A stretch of DNA of 11,334 nt from Myxococcota bacterium. Lineage in GTDB: Bacteria; Myxococcota_A; UBA796; SXON01. The number at the start of each line of letters is the position of its first letter. Positions within the stretch are counted from its first letter, which is position 1. This document shows, piece by piece, positions 1 to 6,432 of the stretch. A program made the position numbers and the translations under genes. The stretch lies in the NCBI GenBank assembly GCA_040386535.1, contig JAZKFH010000056.1, positions 1 through 11,334 of the forward strand, written 5' to 3'. Under the pieces are notes generated by a model, which was not told the DNA's origin, ran no database searches, and was given only the letters and a program-made list of their open reading frames with translations.

Positions 1-411
1 TCGGCCGATGACCGAGCATCTCTCGACTGCGGTCCGCGGGGCGGGCTTGGCGCTGCCCGGCCGACTGCAGTGGATCACACCCAGTCGGGGGACCTGTCCA
101 ACAGGTGGGCGGGTTTCGTCCGTGTGGCGGACGAAGTCTCTTGGGTAAGACCGACCTCGGCCGCATGGCGCCGAGCGGCCGGGGCTCGTCGCGCGTCGGG
201 GCCTGCGCTGGGGAGCCTGCGCCAAGGGCGCGGAGGGCAGCCGCCTCGGGCGGCTGGTCCGGCCGGGCGCCACGGTCACCCGGGCACGAGGATGATCGGC
301 CCGGCCGACCAAGCGGCGCCAGCCGCGCGCCCGGAGCCGACCTGCCCGCGTCCGCGGGGCGCCCACACCCCGCTGAACGCCTCCCGCGCCGGCCGCGCCC
401 GAACGCCGCGC

Positions 412-963
412 TCAAGCCGCTCGCTGGAAGCCCCGCCGCGCCCGCCGCACGGCCAGCCCCGCCCCGACCAGGGCCCCCACCGTGCCGAGCTCCCAGAGGT
501 ACACCGGCGCGGCGTGGGGCCCCCACATGTTGGCCAGGAAACCCGCCTCGTCAATCTTGTAGGCCCCAAACCAGGGCGTCGGATCGATCACCTTGTCACC
601 CGCGATCGGCCACGCCCAGGGCACGCCGTAGTGGGCGGGCGCGCCCGGCTCGCCGGTGCTCCAATCGAACACCACGTGCAGGAGCGCCGCGCCCATCACC
701 GCGCTCCACGCCGCACGACCACGCATGCGGGCGCCCCAGGCACACACCGCGCCGATGAGCGCCGCGCCCACCAACGAGTGGGAAGGGCCGCGGTGCCACG
801 CGAGGCCCGCGGGATGCACCACCGCCAGGAGGATGTCGAGATCGGGCGCCACACTCGCGAACGCGGCCGTGAGCGCCACCCGCCACGACACGCGCGCGCC
901 GGACGGCTCGAGCGCAATCACGAGCGCCAACGCGGCGCCGACATGGGCGAGGGGGGAGGGCAT
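412..963 (-). CDS. Membrane-bound metal-dependent hydrolase (YdjM / LexA-binding inner-membrane putative hydrolase-like), about 183 aa
   Basis: Start trimmed to the ATG at 963 (MPSPLAH...). It has the family-typical motif series: N-terminal His, PDLD, HRGPSHS, and LHVVFD...GVPWAWP, interleaved with hydrophobic helices. Confidence 0.85.
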   Translation of the reverse strand: MPSPLAHVGAALALVIALEPSGARVSWRVALTAAFASVAPDLDILLAVVHPAGLAWHRGPSHSLVGAALIGAVCAWGARMRGRAAWSAVMGAALLHVVFDWSTGEPGAPAHYGVPWAWPIAGDKVIDPTPWFGAYKIDEAGFLANMWGPHAAPVYLWELGTVGALVGAGLAVRRARRGFQRAA

Positions 964-1006
964 GGCGCTCGCTCGCGTAGCACGGACGGGGGTTCCCGCG
1001 CCCGCG

Positions 1007-1048
1007 CCCCACCGCTGCCGCCCCACCACTGCCGCCTTACCGCTGCCC
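1007..1048. repeat. Imperfect tandem repeat, 14-bp unit x3 (CCCCACCGCTGCCG / CCCCACCACTGCCG / CCTTACCGCTGCCC)
   Basis: Read directly from the sequence. It lies between the terminator at 1049-1087 and the hydrolase start at 963. Confidence 0.7.
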
Positions 1049-1087
1049 AGAAAAGCGGAAGACGCCGACGGTGGCGTCGGCGTCTTC
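1049..1087 (-). terminator. Rho-independent terminator of the 1117-2898 gene
   Basis: Perfect 13-bp stem GAAGACGCCGACG (1058-1070) / CGTCGGCGTCTTC (1075-1087) with a 4-nt loop. It is followed on the minus strand by CGCTTTTCT and sits about 30 nt after the stop codon. Confidence 0.8.
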
Positions 1088-1116
1088 GCATCTGCAGCGG
1101 CCCGAAGGCCCCAGGA

Positions 1117-2898
1117 CTACGACGGGAGCGCGTCACCCAGGAGGCGGATGCTCTGGATCACCCAGGCCGAGTCGCGCCCGGTGAGGCGCTCGTAGGCCAC
1201 GCGCGCGGCATCGACCGCGTTGGTCGCCACGAGCCCGAAGGTGCGCTTCTCGCCGGGGCGGGAGGCGACCACGCGGTACACGTAGCCACCACCGACCGCA
1301 GGGGCCGCGGCGGGGGCACGAGCGGCCGCCGCAGCGGGGGCCGTGACGGCCGCGGGGGCCGGCTTGGCCGCTGCGACCGGAGCGGGCGCCCCGGCCGGAG
1401 CCGCGGGAGCCTTGGCGGGCGCCGCCACCGGAGCGGGCGCCGCGACCGGAGCCGCGGGGGCCTTGGCGCGTGCCGCGGAGGCGGGCGGACGGCCGCCACG
1501 ACCCGAGGCCCGGATCGCGTGGCGCTGGCGGAACGCGGAGACCGCGCTGCGCGACACGTTGGCCTTCTCGGCGATCTCGGCGTCCGGCACCTTGCCGATC
1601 TGGCTGGCATAGGGCGCGAGCGCGCGGTCGACCTTGGTGCCACCCTCGGTGCTGCCGCGGGGGCGGCCACGCTTGGCAGGGGCGGCGGCGGGCGCGGCGG
1701 CGGCCTTGGGGGCCGGCGCGGCCTTCGGGGCGACGGCCGCCTCGACGGGAGGCGCCGCGGGAGCCTTGACCGCCGGAGCGGCGGGCGCCTTGGCGGCGGG
1801 TGCCTTGGTCGCCGGGGCGGAGGCCTCGGCGGGGGCCGCAGGGGCTGCAGCGGGGGCCGCAGTAGGGGCCTCGGGGGCCGCCGCGCTGGGCGTCGCGGCG
1901 GGCTTGGGAGCGGACGCGCGCGCCGCCCCTCGAGCCGCCTTGGCGCCACCCTCCCCACGCCACCACGCCGGGATGCCGCGGCGGAGCCGGTACATGCGCA
2001 CGTTCTCGGTGGTCATGCCGGAGAGCTCGCCCACTTCGCGGTCGGGCTTCACACCCACCACGTCGAGGAACGCGTCGAGCTTGGAGGCCCGGCCGGTGCC
2101 CTTGCTCGCGTCGTCCTCCGCCGCTTCGGCGGCGCCGGCCGCCGCCGGGGGTGCCACGGTCTTCTCGGCGGGGGCAGCCTTGGGAGCCTTCTCGGCCTTC
2201 GGCGCCTTCGCCGCGGGAGCGGCCTTGGCGGCCTTGGCGGCCTTGGGCGCCTTGGGCGCGGGCTCTGCCTTGGCGGCGGGGGCCGCCTTCGCTGCGGGCG
2301 CCTTGGCAGCGGGGGCCGCCTTGGCCGCGGGCGCCGCGGACTCTTCCGCCTTGCCACCGACGGCGGCGCGGTAGGGTTCGATGCCGTGGCGCTTGCGGAA
2401 CTCCACCACGGTCTTGCGGGCCACGCCGGCCTGCTCCGCGGCGTCCCCGTCGGAGATCGTGCCGAGCAGCGGGCGGATCGCCTCGAGGCGCTCGTTCGCG
2501 CGCCCGCCACCCTCGCCCTTGGCAGAAGCGGCGGATGCGGCGGGGGCCTTGGTGGAAGTGTCGGCGGCCTTGGTGGAAGCGTCGGCGGCCTTGGCTGCCA
2601 CGGGGGCGGCGGGCGCCGGCGCTGCGGGGGCGGCGGCGGGCGCCGGGGCGGCGGCGGCCTTTACGGCGCCCTTACCTTTGGGTTCCGACGTGGCGGCGCG
2701 GGCCGACTTGCCGTTGGGAGCAGACGCCGCAGGCGCCGCTTCGCCGGGAGGCTTGGGTAGGAGGCCCGTGCGCTCCAATGCCTTCTGTAGGTCCGCGACG
2801 GCGACGTTGTGCTCGCGGGCGATGTCGCGAAGCTTCCGACTCTTCAGCTTCGAAACGACATCATTCCACCAAGGACGATTCTCGAGGGGCGTTGACAT
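1117..2898 (-). CDS. Ala/Lys/Pro-rich multi-HTH protein with AT-hook motif; putative DNA-binding / nucleoid-associated protein, about 593 aa
   Basis: ATG at 2898 is preceded by GGAG at 6 nt spacing; codons are G/C-ending; a terminator follows. It has an N-terminal HTH-like segment (KLRDIAREHNVAVADLQKAL), three related ~40-aa repeats (G-x-x-[SP]-D...V..[FY]R.R.[GA]I), a KRGRPRGS motif, H1-like AKAP linkers and a small C-terminal globular domain. The CDS is confident; the function is inferred. Confidence 0.8.
   Translation of the reverse strand: MSTPLENRPWWNDVVSKLKSRKLRDIAREHNVAVADLQKALERTGLLPKPPGEAAPAASAPNGKSARAATSEPKGKGAVKAAAAPAPAAAPAAPAPAAPVAAKAADASTKAADTSTKAPAASAASAKGEGGGRANERLEAIRPLLGTISDGDAAEQAGVARKTVVEFRKRHGIEPYRAAVGGKAEESAAPAAKAAPAAKAPAAKAAPAAKAEPAPKAPKAAKAAKAAPAAKAPKAEKAPKAAPAEKTVAPPAAAGAAEAAEDDASKGTGRASKLDAFLDVVGVKPDREVGELSGMTTENVRMYRLRRGIPAWWRGEGGAKAARGAARASAPKPAATPSAAAPEAPTAAPAAAPAAPAEASAPATKAPAAKAPAAPAVKAPAAPPVEAAVAPKAAPAPKAAAAPAAAPAKRGRPRGSTEGGTKVDRALAPYASQIGKVPDAEIAEKANVSRSAVSAFRQRHAIRASGRGGRPPASAARAKAPAAPVAAPAPVAAPAKAPAAPAGAPAPVAAAKPAPAAVTAPAAAAARAPAAAPAVGGGYVYRVVASRPGEKRTFGLVATNAVDAARVAYERLTGRDSAWVIQSIRLLGDALPS
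2541..2594 (-). repeat. In-frame 21-bp tandem repeat (about 2.5 units) encoding KAADAST-KAADTST-KAPA
   Basis: CGGGGGCCTTGGTGGAAGTGT / CGGCGGCCTTGGTGGAAGCGT / CGGCGGCCTTGG on the + strand, inside a low-complexity linker. Confidence 0.7.
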
Positions 2899-2940
2899 GG
2901 GATACTCCACGGAGGGGGGCAGTACGGCTGCGTCGCGCTG

Positions 2941-2969
2941 CACATATCAGGTAGATTTGGGAACGGCAA
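2941..2969 (-). promoter_or_regulatory. Possible sigma70-type promoter for the multi-HTH gene
   Basis: Minus strand TTGCCG-N17-TATGTG with TG-n before the -10, in a locally AT-rich patch about 45 nt upstream of the ATG. The -10 match is weak. Confidence 0.3.
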
Positions 2970-3127
2970 CGTCATCCCCGCCCGGCTCGCTCTCCGCTGT
3001 CTTGGTTCGGGTGGGCGCCACGCTCCCGGGCCTGACATGTTCACGTTGGGCGCAGCTTCCCCTTCAGGCAGCACGGAAGCGGCTCCCGCCGTCGTGTCGC
3101 TGGAGCACGCGGTGCACGCCCGCCGTT

Positions 3128-3151
3128 CGACGTGCATCCGGATGCATGTCG
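3128..3151. promoter_or_regulatory. 24-bp near-perfect palindrome; candidate dimeric regulator or sigma54 enhancer site
   Basis: CGACGTGCATCCGGATGCATGTCG has a perfect 14-bp core (TGCATCCGGATGCA) and one mismatched pair. It lies in the divergent intergenic region. Confidence 0.45.
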
Positions 3152-3222
3152 CGGCGTCTACGAAGCGTAGAATGGGTGGCCGTCCCCTCCGTAGAAGCGC
3201 CCGACCGCGGCCGACCTCCTCC

Positions 3223-3238
3223 TGGCGCGCATCTTGCA
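3223..3238 (+). promoter_or_regulatory. Putative sigma54 (RpoN) -24/-12 promoter of the MBOAT-SGNH operon
   Basis: TGGCGCG-CATC-TTGCA compared with consensus TGGCACG-N4-TTGCW: one mismatch, exact GG-N10-GC spacing, 31 nt upstream of the ATG at 3270. Confidence 0.65.
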
Positions 3239-3269
3239 GGCGTCGCGTCCCTCCGCTGCGACCCCGCCG

Positions 3270-4667
3270 ATGCTCTTCCCCACCTTCGACTACTTCCTGT
3301 TCCTGCCGCTGGTGGCCCTGGCGCACTGGGTGTTGCGCGCAAACGGGCATCGCACCGCGTGGTTGTTGCTCGCCAGTCTGGCGTTCTACGCCTCCTGGAA
3401 CCCGCTCGACACGGGGCTGCTGCTCGTCATCATCGGCATGGCCTACACGATGGGGCGTGTGGTCGGTAGCCTGGACGAGGCGGGGCGAGGCAAGGCGGTG
3501 GGCGCCTCCGCGCTATTCTTGCTGGCGCCGCTGCTCTACTACAAGTACGCCGGCTTTCTCCTCGAGAACCTCCGCCTCGTCTGGCCGGACGCGCCCACCC
3601 CGCCGGCCACCCACCTCCCGATCGGGATCTCGTTCTACAGCTTCCAGGCCCTCGCCTATGTCATCGACGTGCGGCGGGGGCAGGCCGCGGAGAAGGACCC
3701 CCTTCGATTCACCACCTTCCTGCTGTTCTTTCCGCACCTTGTCGCGGGGCCGATCCTCCGGGCGTCGAACCTCCTGGAGCAGCTCGGGGCCGAACGGACC
3801 CTCACCCGCACCGACGTTGGGGAGGGCCTGGCCCGGCTCGGCGTCGGCCTTGTCAAGAAAGTGTTGGTTGCGGACGTGCTGCGGCTTGGCATGGTCGACT
3901 CGGTGTTCACCGATCCCGGGTCGTTCACGGGGCTCGAGGTGCTCGTCGCCTTGTACGCCTACAGCCTCCAGATCTACTGCGACTTTTCGGGATACACCGA
4001 CTTCGCCGTGGGTTCCGCGCGGTTGTTCGGGTTCCGCATCCCCGAGAACTTCGACCGTCCGTACCAGGCCCTGTCCGTCGCGAGCTACTGGCGCCGCTGG
4101 CACATGACGCTCTCGGATTGGGTCCGCGACTATGTCTATTACCCGCTGGGCGGGTCCCGCGGCGGCGGGTGGGCGCCGTACCGCAACACGTTCATCACCC
4201 TGCTCATCCTCGGGTTCTGGCACGGCGCGAACTGGACCTTCCTGGTGTACGGCCTGCTCCACGGCGCCGCGGTGAGCCTCAACCGGTGGTGGAAGAAGTC
4301 GGGCCCCGGCGCCACGGCCGGCGAGCCGGGCGCCGTCGGCGTCGCGTGGAGGTGGGCGCTCACCTTCCACTTCGTGGTGCTCGCACGGATCCTTTTCCGC
4401 GCCGACGATCTGACCCAGGCGTGGGCCCTGGTGCAGTCGCTCGGCAACATGGCGCTCGTGATGCCCCGGTTCGCCCCCCACGCGTGGGCGGTGTTGGCGC
4501 TCGGGTACCTCGCCCACTTCGTCCCGACGCGCTGGACTTCGCTTGCACGCACACGGTTCGCCGCGCTCCCCGCCCCGGTGTGGGGAGCGGCGCTCGTGGT
4601 GGCGGGGTGGGCGTGCGTGCGCTGGGGCCCCGGAGACACGCTTGCCTTCATCTACTATGACTTCTGA
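3270..4667 (+). CDS. MBOAT family O-acyltransferase (AlgI/PatA/DltB-like), about 465 aa
   Basis: Start trimmed to MLFPTFDY. Motifs include LPIGISFYSFQ, FFPHLVAGPI, QIYCDFSGYTD, PENFDRPY, YWRRWHMTLS..RDYVYYPLGGSR and GFWHGA (catalytic His), with C-terminal FIYYDF. Multiple transmembrane helices. Confidence 0.95.
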   Translation: MLFPTFDYFLFLPLVALAHWVLRANGHRTAWLLLASLAFYASWNPLDTGLLLVIIGMAYTMGRVVGSLDEAGRGKAVGASALFLLAPLLYYKYAGFLLENLRLVWPDAPTPPATHLPIGISFYSFQALAYVIDVRRGQAAEKDPLRFTTFLLFFPHLVAGPILRASNLLEQLGAERTLTRTDVGEGLARLGVGLVKKVLVADVLRLGMVDSVFTDPGSFTGLEVLVALYAYSLQIYCDFSGYTDFAVGSARLFGFRIPENFDRPYQALSVASYWRRWHMTLSDWVRDYVYYPLGGSRGGGWAPYRNTFITLLILGFWHGANWTFLVYGLLHGAAVSLNRWWKKSGPGATAGEPGAVGVAWRWALTFHFVVLARILFRADDLTQAWALVQSLGNMALVMPRFAPHAWAVLALGYLAHFVPTRWTSLARTRFAALPAPVWGAALVVAGWACVRWGPGDTLAFIYYDF

Positions 4668-6432
4668 CACACGATCCCGTGCGGGCGTTCGCGCGCTGGT
4701 GACGGCGTTCGCGACGGGGTTGGCCCTGGTCGGGCTCACCTACCTCCATCCGTCGCTCGCCGACTACCGGCCGTGGACGCCGGGAGATCCGATCCCCGTG
4801 CTCGCCGCGCTCATGCCCGGTCGCGAGGTGCGGGTGGTCGAGGATGCCGTGAACGGCCTCACGGTCGCGCCTCTCCCGCCGACGCCGGAGGCGGTGGTCG
4901 AGGGGGGTGTCACCGTTGTTCCTGGCACGATTGCCAGTGGCACGGCCGATGCTACAGGCGCTGCCACGGATCATGGCGCCGCCGCCATGACTCAGGGTGC
5001 GGGCGCCACAGTTGGTGACATGGCTGTGACACCCCAAGCGGAGGGGGTTTCGGGCGGCGCGGTGCTCCCTCCGCCGGACGCCGCCGGGCTCCCGAAACGC
5101 CCCCCCGGTGTGCCCACCCCGCTGGTCGACCCCGACTACCGCGGGATGGACGCCTTCTACCGCGCGCTCCACCGCACGACCCAGGGCGAGGGGCTCGCGC
5201 GCGCCGCCCACTACGGCGACTCGACCATCGCCGCCGACGGCATCACGTCCACCGTGCGCGCCCGCCTCCAGGCCCGCTTCGGCGACGGCGGCCCCGGGTA
5301 CCTGTCCGCCGGCATGGACCCCCGCTGGAACATGCGCCATGACGTGACCATCAAGCGTACGGGCGACTGGGAGACGGTGAGCCTGCTCCTCGGCGGTGGA
5401 GGCGGTCGCTACGGCTACGGCGGGATCGTGAGCACCGCCGCAGCGGACGCCTACCTGACCATCACCTCGCCCAAGGGCGCCGACGGCAAGCCGACGCCCA
5501 TGCACCGCTTCGAGCTCTGGTACCAGGCCGGCGCCGAGCGGGGCGCGTGGTGGGCCAGCCTCGACGGCAAGGGGGTGGGCCAGGGCAGCGCGCTCGCGGA
5601 GGGCACGGGCGATCGCCACCTTCCGGTCGACGTGCCCGAGGGCTACACCCGGGCCGCCTTCGGCACCTCCGCGGCCGCCGCGGGGGGGGCCACCGCCGCC
5701 GCCACGGAGGGCGAAGCGCCCCCGGGTGGTGTCACGTTTTATGGCGCGGTGATGGAGACCAAGGGCCCGGGCGTCGTATGGGATGCGCTCGGGGTCGTCG
5801 GCGTGGGCTCTCGTTCGTTCACCCAGCACAACAAGAAGCACCTCGCCAGCCAGGTTGCGCAGCGCCGCCCGGATCTCGTCGTGGTGATGCTCGGCGGCAA
5901 CGAGCTCGGCCTGCCGGTGCTCGGCCAGGGCTCGGGCGCGGCCTACATCCCGTACTACCAGGAGACCGTGCGCCGGCTCCGTGCGGGCGCGCCCGACAGC
6001 GCGTGCCTGCTGATCACGCCGCTCGACCAGGCCACCCGCGAAGGCGGCACGCCCGCGACCAAGCCCAACCTGCCGCGGCTCGTGGCGGCGCAGCGCAAGG
6101 CCGCCGCCACGGAGGGCTGCGCCTTCTGGAGCGGCTATGAAGCCATGGGCGGCTCCGGCGCGATCGTTCGCTGGGGCGCCATGAAGCCGACGCTCGCCTG
6201 GACGGACCTCGTGCACCTCTCGACCAACGGGCAGAAGATCATCGGAGACCTCCTCGCCGACGCGATCGAGCACGGGTACGACGGCTGGATGGCCGCCGGC
6301 GGGCTCACCCGCACGCCGCCGTTGCCGCCGGGCCCCCCCGTGGAGGTTGCCGCGGCGCCGCCGGTCGCGCCCCCCGTCGCGGCCACCCCGCCCGCCGCTC
6401 CGGACGTCCCGCCAAAGCCGGCCACGCCATGA
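4657..6432 (+). CDS. Membrane-anchored SGNH/GDSL family protein (PatB/Ape-like O-acetyltransferase or esterase), about 591 aa
   Basis: ATG at 4657 overlaps the MBOAT end by 11 nt. N-terminal transmembrane helix, SGNH blocks YGDS, ALGVVG, LGGNE and DLVH, an LQARFGDGGPG motif, and a Pro-rich tail. Confidence 0.88.
   Translation: MTSDTRSRAGVRALVTAFATGLALVGLTYLHPSLADYRPWTPGDPIPVLAALMPGREVRVVEDAVNGLTVAPLPPTPEAVVEGGVTVVPGTIASGTADATGAATDHGAAAMTQGAGATVGDMAVTPQAEGVSGGAVLPPPDAAGLPKRPPGVPTPLVDPDYRGMDAFYRALHRTTQGEGLARAAHYGDSTIAADGITSTVRARLQARFGDGGPGYLSAGMDPRWNMRHDVTIKRTGDWETVSLLLGGGGGRYGYGGIVSTAAADAYLTITSPKGADGKPTPMHRFELWYQAGAERGAWWASLDGKGVGQGSALAEGTGDRHLPVDVPEGYTRAAFGTSAAAAGGATAAATEGEAPPGGVTFYGAVMETKGPGVVWDALGVVGVGSRSFTQHNKKHLASQVAQRRPDLVVVMLGGNELGLPVLGQGSGAAYIPYYQETVRRLRAGAPDSACLLITPLDQATREGGTPATKPNLPRLVAAQRKAAATEGCAFWSGYEAMGGSGAIVRWGAMKPTLAWTDLVHLSTNGQKIIGDLLADAIEHGYDGWMAAGGLTRTPPLPPGPPVEVAAAPPVAPPVAATPPAAPDVPPKPATP

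Noticed and set aside
100..145. Hammerhead ribozyme suggested by GTCCG-loop-CGGAC-GAAA on the minus strand
   Set aside because: The required CUGANGA core before stem II is absent (the sequence reads GAGACTTC).
1..166. Minus-strand open frame from the ATG at 166 running off the left edge
   Set aside because: Atypical codon usage, no RBS and no recognisable protein. It cannot be evaluated without flanking sequence.
70..2760. 896-aa plus-strand ORF
   Set aside because: Arg/Gly-rich antisense shadow of two minus-strand genes that have motifs and, for the larger one, an RBS and terminator. Stop-free antisense frames are expected at this GC content.
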